Source of the DNA: Deltaproteobacteria bacterium
Lineage (GTDB): Bacteria; Myxococcota; JACRCW01
Direction of reading: 5' to 3'
Length of the DNA: 20,000 nt
NCBI GenBank assembly: GCA_016218805.1
Contig: JACRCW010000026.1
Location: 49,128-69,127, forward strand
A program made the translations under genes and the position numbers. Under the pieces are notes generated by a model, which saw only the letters and a list, made by a program, of their open reading frames with translations, did not search any database and was not told the origin of the DNA. Shown here piece after piece: positions 9,170 to 17,506 of the stretch (position 1 is its first letter; each line of letters begins with the position of its first letter).

Positions 9170-10543
9170 ATGGCAGACAACCGCTTGGTGTTGGACATCC
9201 AGCGTTCCGTGGCACCCCGGGTTCCCGGTGGCGTTCCAGAAGACCGCCTGGTGGGTATGGCGCAGGCCGCCACCCGCGCATTTCAGCAGGTGGCGCAGTG
9301 GCGTGATGACGGCAAACTGAGCTTTGCCAAACTGCCCAATGACCGCGTGCTGCTGGAGCAGACCCAGCAGATGGTGAAGGCGGTGCGCGGGCAGTTCCGC
9401 GAGTTGGTGGTGGTGGGGATTGGCGGAGCCAGCCTGGGTGCGCGCATGCTGTGCACCGCGCTGGCGCCCAAGCCCGCCGCCATGAAGGTGCACTTTGTGG
9501 ACAACGTGGACCCGCGGACGGTGGGCGAGCTGTTTGGCCGCATTGACCCGATGGCCACGGTTTTCAACGTGGTGTCCAAGAGCGGCAGCACGCTGGAGAC
9601 CACGGCGCACTTCCTGGTGCTGCGGGACCTGTTGCGCGGGCGGTTTGGGAAGAAGGGGTACGCCGAGCGGGTCATTGTCACCACGGACCCGGACAGCGGC
9701 CCCCTGCACGCCATTGCCGAGCGCGAGGGGCTGCGCACCCTCACCTTCCCCAAGGACGTGGGCGGGCGTTTCTCCGTGCTGTCCCCGGCGGGCCTGTTCC
9801 CTGCTGCGGCGGCCGGCGTGGACATCAACGCGCTGCTGGACGGCGCGCGCGCCATGATGGACCGCTGCAGCACGGACACCGTGCTCAGCAACCCGGCCGC
9901 CCTGCTGGCCACCGTGCACTACCTGGCGGACCGCGAAGTGAACCGGCGGGTGAACGTGCTGTGGTCGTATTCGGATGCGCTGCGGCCGTTCACCGAGTGG
10001 TACATCCAACTGTGGGCGCAGAGCCTGGGCAAGCGCCTGAGCCTCAACGGCACGGAGATCCACAACGGGCTGACGCCGCTGGCGTGCACCGGCGCCCAGG
10101 AACAGCACGGGCTGCTGCAGTTGCTGGTGGAAGGACCGGAGGACAAGCTGGTCACCTTCCTGTCCGTGCTGGACCACCAGGCGCACCTGGAGGCGCCACC
10201 CGCGCAGGATGTCCCGGAATTCGGGTTTCTGGGCGGGATGGACTTTGGGGCGGTGCTGGAGGCGGGCCGGCGCAGCTCTGAGCTGGCACTGCAGGAGGTT
10301 GGCCGCCCGTCACTGCGCATCACGCTGCCGGTGCTCAACGCGCGCGCCATGGGAGAGCTCATCCACCTGTATGAACACGCGGCGGCCTTTGCCGGCGCGC
10401 TGTACGGCGTGGACCCGTTTGACCAGCCCGGCGTGGAAGAGGGCAAGAAGATCGGGTTTGGGCTCATGGGCCGCAAGGGGTTTGAGCCGTTTGCGGAGAA
10501 GGTGCGCCAGAGCGACCAGAACAGCCGCTGGCGCCTCACCTGA
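9170..10543 (+). CDS. pgi: Glucose-6-phosphate isomerase homologue (short type, about 457 aa) with altered active-site residues
   Basis: Motifs VVVGIGG, SKSGSTLET, VGGRFSVLS, QLWAxSLGK, QH, PFDQPGVEEGK. ATG at 9170 follows AGAGGA. Confidence 0.85.
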   Translation: MADNRLVLDIQRSVAPRVPGGVPEDRLVGMAQAATRAFQQVAQWRDDGKLSFAKLPNDRVLLEQTQQMVKAVRGQFRELVVVGIGGASLGARMLCTALAPKPAAMKVHFVDNVDPRTVGELFGRIDPMATVFNVVSKSGSTLETTAHFLVLRDLLRGRFGKKGYAERVIVTTDPDSGPLHAIAEREGLRTLTFPKDVGGRFSVLSPAGLFPAAAAGVDINALLDGARAMMDRCSTDTVLSNPAALLATVHYLADREVNRRVNVLWSYSDALRPFTEWYIQLWAQSLGKRLSLNGTEIHNGLTPLACTGAQEQHGLLQLLVEGPEDKLVTFLSVLDHQAHLEAPPAQDVPEFGFLGGMDFGAVLEAGRRSSELALQEVGRPSLRITLPVLNARAMGELIHLYEHAAAFAGALYGVDPFDQPGVEEGKKIGFGLMGRKGFEPFAEKVRQSDQNSRWRLT

Positions 10544-10633
10544 GTACGCGTCCCCAGAGAAAGCTGATCCTGTGAGGCGCGCTTGCGTGCGGGGTCCGCC
10601 ATCGACGGCAGAGGGCGGGCTGTGAACCACGGC

Positions 10634-10824
10634 GTGGGGCGGGGCTCGTCCGGGCTCGTCCCCCGCCCGGTTCGCTCAACCGCGGGCGCTCCCGCTTCCC
10701 TGACCCCATCACCGCACGGAGAGCAGAGTTGAGCCGAATCCTCTCTCTGCGCCACGGCGGAGGAAGTCATCGCGTCTGAACGGCCCTGCATCTCAATCGG
10801 GCGGGGGACGAGCCCCCGCCCTAC
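10634..10824. repeat. Inverted pair of GTAG-type REP-like palindromes (REP doublet / REPIN-like)
   Basis: Minus strand 10824-10798 reads GTAG-GGCGGGGG-CTCGT-CCCCCGCC-CG. Plus strand 10634-10669 reads GTGG-GGCGGGG-CTCGTC-CGGGCTCGTC-CCCCGCCCG, the same unit with an internal duplication. Spacer 128 bp. Confidence 0.65.
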
Positions 10825-10830
10825 AAGGAA

Positions 10831-10930
10831 CGCGCGGAAGCCCGCGGAAACGTGCGGAAATCCGCGAAAACGAGGAACATCCGCGGAAGCCGCGGAAACG
10901 CGCGGAAAGACCTGCGGGAACCAGAAGGAA
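10831..10930. repeat. Degenerate tandem array of about 10-bp units with a CGCGGAA core
   Basis: cgcgcggaag cccgcggaaa cgtgcggaaa tccgcgaaaa cgaggaacat ccgcggaagc cgcggaaacg cgcggaaaga cctgcgggaa ccagaaggaa. Confidence 0.8.
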
Positions 10931-11170
10931 ACACGCGGGCAGCGCCCTCCGCCACACCCAGCGGTGGGAACAACCTGGCCGCCCATGCGGCACCGGCGCC
11001 TTGGCAGCAGCGGCGCAGACGGAGACCGGTGAGGTGGTGGGCACCAGCCAGGTGCTGGAAGCCCGCTCAAAAGGTCACTTTTCTCCGAGGAGCGGCACTG
11101 AGTCCCCGTTTCGCGCGCCGCGCCAGGGACGCAGTCTGGTCCGCGGCCACCAGCGTTTGTGTCTGGGCGG

Positions 11171-11854
11171 TCAGCCACCCAACAGCTTGACGAAGTACTC
11201 TTCCGCCGCCTGGTTGTTCCAATCCCGCGGCCCGATGAACTTGGCGATGACCCGTCCGTCCGGGGAGACCACGTAGGACTCCGGGAGCTTCTCCGTGCCG
11301 TACCCGCGCGACGTGCGGCGGCTGGGGTCCCACAGCACCTTGAAGCTGGGCTTCTCCGCGCCAAAGAAGCGCGTGACCTCGTTCCAGTCTTCATCCACGG
11401 AGACCGCCAGCACCGTCATCCGGTCCCCGAATTTGCGCGTAAGGAACTCCATGGACGGCATCTCTTCGCGGCAGGGCGGACACCAGGTGGCCCAGAAGTT
11501 CACCAGCACCCACTTGCCCCGGTAGTCCGCCAGCGACACGTTGCGCGTGCCCGCCGGCCCCTCCGGCAAGGAGAACGGCAGCGCGGTTCCCTCGCCGGGG
11601 ACCGGGTCCATGACGGTGTCCACGAGGATCTCCTCGTAGCGCTGCCGCTCGTTGACCTTGTGCGCCACCAGCCCCACCACCATGGCCACCGTGCACCAGG
11701 CGAACAGCATCTTCATCCAGCCCGGCACCACCCACGCCCGGCTGGAACCCATCAACTGCGTGGTGGCCGGCGCCCAGGGCACCGGCTTCTGCCCCGGGTC
11801 GGCGGTGTCGTTGCCCGGTGGGTTTGCCGCTGCCGTGACTTCGTTGCTGCCCAT
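11171..11854 (-). CDS. Membrane-anchored TlpA/ResA-family thiol-disulfide oxidoreductase
   Basis: TM helix, then SLADYRGKWVLVNFWATWCPPCREEMP...VLAVSVD...YGTEKLPESYVV...GPRDW. Confidence 0.92.
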   Translation of the reverse strand: MGSNEVTAAANPPGNDTADPGQKPVPWAPATTQLMGSSRAWVVPGWMKMLFAWCTVAMVVGLVAHKVNERQRYEEILVDTVMDPVPGEGTALPFSLPEGPAGTRNVSLADYRGKWVLVNFWATWCPPCREEMPSMEFLTRKFGDRMTVLAVSVDEDWNEVTRFFGAEKPSFKVLWDPSRRTSRGYGTEKLPESYVVSPDGRVIAKFIGPRDWNNQAAEEYFVKLLGG

Positions 11855-11940
11855 GACACCTGCCCGCAGAGTCGGAGACGTGGCGTCTTACTGTGGCCTG
11901 CCCCACCCAACAAGCCCGCGCTTGGTCCGCCACGCTGTCC

Positions 11941-11949
11941 TGCTAGAAT
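11941..11949 (+). promoter_or_regulatory. Extended -10 element (TGnTAGAAT)
   Basis: TGCTAGAAT ends 9 nt before the ATG at 11959, in an otherwise GC-rich divergent intergenic region. Confidence 0.45.
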
Positions 11950-11958
11950 GCGCGCCGA

Positions 11959-13248
11959 ATGGTGATCCGCGCTCCTGGACAGAACCCCGTGGTCCGCCCC
12001 GGCGCAAACCCGGCCGGCACCGCCCAGGCGCCCGCTCAGCCCACCGCCGCGGACGCACTGGTGCGCCTGGGCCTGTTCCAGGGCGGCATGGACCCGGGCG
12101 CGGCCATGGCCAAGCTGCTCAGCTTCTTTGTCATGCAGGGGTTTGCGCCCAAGCTGGACGGGGCCAAGGCCGGCGGACAACCGCTGGATGACGCCGCCAA
12201 GCTGGCGGACCTGCTCAAGCAGCTGCAGGGCAAGGAGGGACTGCCGCAGACCGGCAAGCTGGATGAAAAGACGCTCAAGGCGCTGGAGAAGTACAAGCCC
12301 GCCACCTCCCCTGGCGAGCGCGCCACCGAACGCCAGGCCGCCACCCCGGAGCGCCAGCAGTCCGCGCGCATGGCGACGTCATTCCGGGATCAGAGCCTGG
12401 CCGCGTGGATCAAGAACAAGGCCAGTGAACTGCAGAAGCCCGCCCAGCAGGCCCCGCAGGCGCCCAGTTCCTCCAGCACCACGCAGCAGTCCTCCCAGGC
12501 CGCGCAACCGCCGCGGCCTGACGTGGCCTCCCACGCGCAGCCGGTGAATCAGGCGCCGCAGGCGGCCCAGGCGCAGGAGACCAAGAACACGCCGGCGCCC
12601 ATCATGGAGCAGTCCGCACCGGGTGACCCCAAGGCCAGCCGCGAGAGCGGCGCCACCAAGGCGGAGCAGGGACACGGCCAGGGACAGCAGGGCAGCGGCG
12701 AAGAGGCCGGCCGCGCAGGCAAAGCCGGCAAGGGCACCGGCAAGGCGGAGGACACGCCCGGGGGACGCGCCGGTGACGACGACGGCCTGGCGCGCGGGGA
12801 GGCCGACCAGCTCACCGCGTTTGAGGACGGCCGCGGCAACCAGGCCACCGGCGACGAGGACGAGGAGGACGAGCGCCGCGGCGCCGCCCTCACCGACGAC
12901 GGCAGCGGCGCGGATGAGGGCGCCTATGAGATTCCTAGCGTGGCCGAACAACTGCGGCAGGCGCTGGCCGCCCTGCAGATGGAGGAACAGACGGCGGGCA
13001 ATGCCAACCGCGCCACGACGTACCGGGGTGATTTTGTGTTCTACAAGCCCGGCGTGTACCAGAGCCGCACCCAGGCCCCGATGATCCTCAACCTCAAGGT
13101 GGTGAAGGCCACCGCGTATGACCAGGTGTGGACGCAGGTGCTGCAGCAAATCAATGCGCGCCTGCGCGTGTTTGAACCGGACGCGCCCGCGCTGCTGGCT
13201 GAACACATCGGCACGGCGCTGCAGCTGGCGCGCGCCCGCGCAACGTGA
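11959..13248 (+). CDS. Hypothetical protein: probable PG_binding_1-like motif, long Gln/Pro/Ala and acidic disordered region, globular C-terminus
   Basis: 429 aa with GC-rich third codon positions. LKQLQGKEGLPQTGKLDEKTLKAL resembles the second half of the PG_binding_1 domain (FQ...GL..TG..D..T...L). No signal peptide seen. Confidence 0.7.
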   Translation: MVIRAPGQNPVVRPGANPAGTAQAPAQPTAADALVRLGLFQGGMDPGAAMAKLLSFFVMQGFAPKLDGAKAGGQPLDDAAKLADLLKQLQGKEGLPQTGKLDEKTLKALEKYKPATSPGERATERQAATPERQQSARMATSFRDQSLAAWIKNKASELQKPAQQAPQAPSSSSTTQQSSQAAQPPRPDVASHAQPVNQAPQAAQAQETKNTPAPIMEQSAPGDPKASRESGATKAEQGHGQGQQGSGEEAGRAGKAGKGTGKAEDTPGGRAGDDDGLARGEADQLTAFEDGRGNQATGDEDEEDERRGAALTDDGSGADEGAYEIPSVAEQLRQALAALQMEEQTAGNANRATTYRGDFVFYKPGVYQSRTQAPMILNLKVVKATAYDQVWTQVLQQINARLRVFEPDAPALLAEHIGTALQLARARAT

Positions 13249-13275
13249 GCGGCACCATGCCGTCGTCCGCCGGCG

Positions 13276-14649
13276 CTACTCTCGGTCGAATTGGATCCCC
13301 AGCTTGCCGAGCTTTTCGTACAGCGTGGTGCGGTGGATGCCGGCCAGTTGCGCCGCCTTCTGCACGCTGCCGCCGGTCTGCCCCAGCAGCCGCGTGAAGT
13401 AGCTGCGCTCAAACTCGTCGCGCACGTGGCGGTAATTCCCAGACGCCACCTCCAGCGCGGGACCCGCCACCGCGTGCTCGCCCAGCTCGGACGGCAGGTC
13501 CTCCGGCCGGATCATGGGCGTGGCGCACACCAGGCTGGCGCGTTCCACCACGTGCTCCAGCTCGCGCACGTTGCCGGGCCAGCGGTACTCCATCAGGCAC
13601 CGCATGGCTTCCGGTCCCACCTGCGGCGGCTCCCGCCCCAGGCGTTTCTGCAACTGCGCCAGGAAGTGCTGCACCAGCAGCGGCACGTCCTGCGGCCGGT
13701 CCCGCAGCGGCGGCAGCACCACGCGCACCGCGTTGATCCGGTAGTAAAGGTCCTGCCGGAACTTCCCCTCGCGCACCAGCTTCTCCAGGTCCTGATTGGT
13801 GGCGCACACCAGCCGCACGTCGGTATGCGCCAGCCGGCGGCTGCCCACCGCGTAGTACTCACCGTTCTGCAGCACGCGCAGCAGCTTGGGTTGCAGCGCC
13901 AGGGACAGGTCACCAATCTCGTCAAGAAAGAACGTGCCGCCGTTGGCCTCCGCGCAGAAACCGTCACGCGAGCTGACCGCGCCGGAGAATGCGCCCTTTT
14001 CGTGACCAAACAGCTCGCTTTCCATCAGGTGCTCCGGGATGGCGGAGCAGTTGAGTGACACAAACGTCTTCTGCGCGCGGTTGCTGAGGTGGTGGATGTA
14101 CTTGGCGAACAGGTCCTTGCCCGTGCCGGACTCCCCCTGGATGAGGATGGAGATGTCCGTGGTCGCCACGCGCGCGATGAGGTCCATCACCTGGGTCATG
14201 GCGCGTGAGCGGCAGATGATGTTGTCACGCGAGAACTTGTCGGCGACCTCCTGGCGCAGGCGGCGGTTCTCGGCGACGAGCTCGCGGTGCGCCACGGCGC
14301 GCTCGATGACCAGTTCCAGCTCGGACATCTCAAACGGCTTGCGCACGTAATCAAACGCACCGTTTTTCATGGCCTGCACGGCGGTCTCAATGGTGGCAAA
14401 CGCGGTGACAATGATGACGGGCGCGTCCGGGTCAATGCGGCGGAACCGCTCCATGCCCTGCAGGCCGTCCACCTTGGGCATGGCCAGGTCCGTGACCACC
14501 ACGTCCGGGCGGAAGGCGCGCATGGTTTCCTCGGCCTCCTCCACGGCGGCCGCGGTCCGCACCTCATAGCGCGCCGGGTCCAGCCAGCGCGCCAGCATCT
14601 CGCGGGCGCTCTTCTCGTCATCCACGACGAGGATCCTGGCCGTCTTCAT
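13276..14649 (-). CDS. Sigma54-dependent response regulator (NtrC/AtoC family: REC, AAA+, Fis-HTH)
   Basis: ILVVDDE, TDLAMP, Walker [24 protein letters not shown], Walker [43 protein letters not shown]. Confidence 0.96.
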   Translation of the reverse strand: MKTARILVVDDEKSAREMLARWLDPARYEVRTAAAVEEAEETMRAFRPDVVVTDLAMPKVDGLQGMERFRRIDPDAPVIIVTAFATIETAVQAMKNGAFDYVRKPFEMSELELVIERAVAHRELVAENRRLRQEVADKFSRDNIICRSRAMTQVMDLIARVATTDISILIQGESGTGKDLFAKYIHHLSNRAQKTFVSLNCSAIPEHLMESELFGHEKGAFSGAVSSRDGFCAEANGGTFFLDEIGDLSLALQPKLLRVLQNGEYYAVGSRRLAHTDVRLVCATNQDLEKLVREGKFRQDLYYRINAVRVVLPPLRDRPQDVPLLVQHFLAQLQKRLGREPPQVGPEAMRCLMEYRWPGNVRELEHVVERASLVCATPMIRPEDLPSELGEHAVAGPALEVASGNYRHVRDEFERSYFTRLLGQTGGSVQKAAQLAGIHRTTLYEKLGKLGIQFDRE

Positions 14650-16556
14650 GTTGCCTCCGGTTCCCTGCCGTTGACCGGCAGCATGATGCTGAAGGTGGCG
14701 CCGTGCCCGGGTGCGGACTGCACGCGGATGCGCCCGCGGTGCCGCTCCACCACCTGGTGCGCAATGGACAGGCCCAGGCCCGTGCCCGTGGCCACCTTGG
14801 TGGTGAAAAACGGGTCAAAGATCTTCTCCAGGTGCGCGGCGTCAATCCCGCTGCCGTTGTCCTGGAACTCCAGTTCCACGTTGTCCCCGCTGCAGCGTGA
14901 GCGCACCGTGATCACCTTCTCCGCCTGCCCCTCCAGCGCGTCCACGGCGTTGAAGATGAGGTTGACAAACACCTGCTTGAGCATCTGTCCATCACAACGG
15001 AGCACAAACCCGGCGAGGCCCAGCTCCTCCACCACGCGCACCTGCGCCTTGCGCAGGCGGTAGCGGGCCATCACCACCGCTTCGCGCACCAGTGCGTCGG
15101 GGTCCTCAGGGCTGAAGCGGATGTCACGCGGGCGGGCAAACTCCCGGAAGCGTTCCAGCAACGCAATGGCGCGCGCGTTCTGGTCATGGATCTCCTTGAC
15201 GTCCGCGCGGCACGCATCATCCGGCGGCATGGCCCGCAGCAACAGGCTGCAGTAGCCCTGGATGCTGTTCATGTAGTTGCCCATCTCGTGCGCCAGGCCG
15301 GCGGCCATGGTGCCCATGGAGATGAGGCGGTCATGGCGGCGCAACGCGGCCTCCGCCTTCCGCTCCCGCGTGACGTCCACCAGCGTGACCACCACGCCGC
15401 CGCCGCTGTCCCCGGTCCGCAGCGGGTAGAGGTGGAACACCAGGTCGCGCGCCTCGGCAAGGTCCATGGCGCCGGGCGGGCGGCAGGTGAGCTCCACGCG
15501 CTGCGCTGCGCCGGCGGCCGCCGCGCGGGCGGCGTGCACCAGACGCTCACCGTCGTCAGGGAGCAGCGCCCCCAGCTGCACGCCGGCATCCGGTTGGCCC
15601 AGCCGCGCCAGGTGGAGCCGCGCGCCGCGGTTGGCGCTGACCACCTTGCCCTCGCCGTCCGCGGTGATGATGCCCTCCTCCATGCACTCCAGCACGCTCT
15701 CCAGGTACGCCTTGGCCTGGCGCAGGTCCGCGGTGACGCTGAGCACACGCGCCGCCAGGTTCTCGTTGAGGTCGCGCAGCTCGGTGACCAGGCGCGCGTT
15801 GCGCGCGCGCTCGTCGCGCACGTCGCGCACCAGCTCGCGAAACGCGGACTGCAGCACGCCCACCTCGTCACGCTCCGGCGTCTCCGGGATGTCCACCGTA
15901 TCCAGCGCGTTGCGCGTCACGGCGCCGGCCGCCGCCGTCAGCTCGCCCAGCGGGCGTGTGATGCGCCGCACGTAGAGGGTGGCAATGAACGCACCCAGCA
16001 CCAGCCAGAACGCGCCCGCTGCCGCCGCTGCCACCAGGCTGGCCACCGCCTGGTCGCGCATCTCGTCGGTCCGGAAGCGCAGCGTGACGTGCCCCAGCAC
16101 CGTGGTCCCGCGCATGATGGGTGACCCCACGTCATGCTCCGTGTAGCCGCGGAACAGCCCCAGCAGGCTGGGGGGGCGGCGCCGCAGGGTCATGCCGTGC
16201 AGCTTTTCCGGCGGGATGCGGGAGCCCACGCGGGAGCGGTTGGTGTGCGCCAGCACCTCGCCGTCACGCGACACGATGGCCAGTTCCATCAGGTCCAGCG
16301 ACTCGCGCACGCGCGCGATCACCTCGTCAAACCGGTGCGGGTGCGCCCCGTCCATGAGTTCCACGCAGGAACTGGCCACGCCCTGGGCCATCACCGTGCC
16401 CTCGCTCTGCACGTGGTGGTCGTAGGCTTCCAGTTTCTCGGACAGGGAGGTGGCCACCTGCCCGCCCACAATGAGCGTGATGATCGCGGACAGCGGCACC
16501 ACCAGGCGCGTGCGCAGTGACGTCCCGCGCAGCAGGGCCAGCAGGTCGCGGATCAT
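14646..16556 (-). CDS. Membrane sensor histidine kinase (2 TM, periplasmic sensor, HAMP, PAS-like, HisKA, HATPase), about 636 aa
   Basis: ATG at 16556 overlaps the upstream TGA. HAMP ITRPLGEL...DEVGVLQSAF. H-box AAGLAHEMGN. N-box QVFVNLIFNAVDA. DNGSGI, IFDPFFTTK, GTGLGLSI. Confidence 0.95.
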   Translation of the reverse strand: MIRDLLALLRGTSLRTRLVVPLSAIITLIVGGQVATSLSEKLEAYDHHVQSEGTVMAQGVASSCVELMDGAHPHRFDEVIARVRESLDLMELAIVSRDGEVLAHTNRSRVGSRIPPEKLHGMTLRRRPPSLLGLFRGYTEHDVGSPIMRGTTVLGHVTLRFRTDEMRDQAVASLVAAAAAGAFWLVLGAFIATLYVRRITRPLGELTAAAGAVTRNALDTVDIPETPERDEVGVLQSAFRELVRDVRDERARNARLVTELRDLNENLAARVLSVTADLRQAKAYLESVLECMEEGIITADGEGKVVSANRGARLHLARLGQPDAGVQLGALLPDDGERLVHAARAAAAGAAQRVELTCRPPGAMDLAEARDLVFHLYPLRTGDSGGGVVVTLVDVTRERKAEAALRRHDRLISMGTMAAGLAHEMGNYMNSIQGYCSLLLRAMPPDDACRADVKEIHDQNARAIALLERFREFARPRDIRFSPEDPDALVREAVVMARYRLRKAQVRVVEELGLAGFVLRCDGQMLKQVFVNLIFNAVDALEGQAEKVITVRSRCSGDNVELEFQDNGSGIDAAHLEKIFDPFFTTKVATGTGLGLSIAHQVVERHRGRIRVQSAPGHGATFSIMLPVNGREPEAT

Positions 16557-17506
16557 GGCGCCTCCGCGCCGGCGTCCGGGCCGCGCCGCTCCGGCATGAA
16601 GTTGTGGCATTCCCGGCACTGCCGCTCCGGTTCCTTGTCCGCCTCCTCCTTGTGGCAGGCCACGCAGTCCGCGCGCGTGGACATCCACGTGTGCGGGCGG
16701 TGGCACGCGTCACACCGCTGGTGGTCTGGCAGTCCGTGCAGCCCGTGCCGGTCCTGCTGCTTGTGGCAACCCGCGCAGCTGCTCCAGCCGGTGTCCTCGT
16801 CCGTGTGCGGGTGGTGGCAGGCTGAGCAGTCCCGCTTGGCCATGGGCGCATTGCTGGGGAAATGCTCCTCCAGTTGCTCGCGCGCGCCGTGGCATTGCAG
16901 GCAATTCTCCTGCGGCGCCTTGATGTCCTTTTCCGCGGTGAGGAAGTTGTGGCAGGACAGGCAGTGCAGGCGCTCCATGCCGGTGGCCTGTATCACCTGT
17001 TTCTCATGGCATTCGCGGCAGCTGTCCAGGGCAATGCCCACGCCGTGCATGGAGTTGGCGTGGCACTTCACGCAGGAGGTCTTCTCCTGCACCACGTGCA
17101 CGCGGTGACCTTCGGAGGCGTTGATCTGCGGCCAGTTGCGGTCATGCCGGAGGTGGCAGGCGCCGCACGCATCCACGGCCACCTTGGGCTGGTGCGCCTT
17201 GGTCCCGTCATCCGCGGACCTCCCCCCCAGCACCATCAGCACCGCGCCCAGTGCTTCCCGCTGGGACTGGTGGTGGCACTCCTGGCACACCACCATGCGG
17301 TGACTGCCGCGGGTCCACAGTGCGTACTCGCTGCGCATCTCATGGCACTGCCCGCAGAAACGCGGGTCCCGGTCCACAAACTCCTTGAACCGCATGAACC
17401 CCATGGTAGACGACACGATGAGCACCGGGACAATCCCGTACAACAGCACCCACAGCAGCGCGCGCCGCCAGGTCACCGGCTGGCGGGGAGCGCGCGGGCG
17501 GGTCAC
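16553..17506 (-). CDS. Membrane-anchored 12-heme cytochrome c with a NapC/NirT/NrfH-like N-terminal region
   Basis: One N-terminal TM. 12 CxxCH motifs in 317 aa (CGQCH, CQECH, CGACH, CVKCH, CRECH, CLSCH, CLQCH, CSACH, CAGCH, CDACH, CVACH, CRECH). FCGQCHEM...Y..W..GSH....CQECH is the NapC/NrfH signature. Confidence 0.9.
   Translation of the reverse strand: MTRPRAPRQPVTWRRALLWVLLYGIVPVLIVSSTMGFMRFKEFVDRDPRFCGQCHEMRSEYALWTRGSHRMVVCQECHHQSQREALGAVLMVLGGRSADDGTKAHQPKVAVDACGACHLRHDRNWPQINASEGHRVHVVQEKTSCVKCHANSMHGVGIALDSCRECHEKQVIQATGMERLHCLSCHNFLTAEKDIKAPQENCLQCHGAREQLEEHFPSNAPMAKRDCSACHHPHTDEDTGWSSCAGCHKQQDRHGLHGLPDHQRCDACHRPHTWMSTRADCVACHKEEADKEPERQCRECHNFMPERRGPDAGAEAP

Noticed and set aside
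10755..10770. GGAGGAAGTC resembling the RNase P RNA GAGGAAAGUCC motif
   Set aside because: The match is imperfect and the complementary conserved 3' region is absent.
10831..10930. CRISPR array or replication origin interpretation of the repeats
   Set aside because: Units are about 10 bp without unique spacers, no cas genes are present, and there are no DnaA boxes or AT-rich unwinding element.
9919..11394. 491-aa minus-strand ORF and other long shadow ORFs (for example 8813-10186, 5009-6145, 4358-5491)
   Set aside because: They are antisense or alternate-frame to well-supported genes and carry no motifs, as expected from stop-codon scarcity at high GC.
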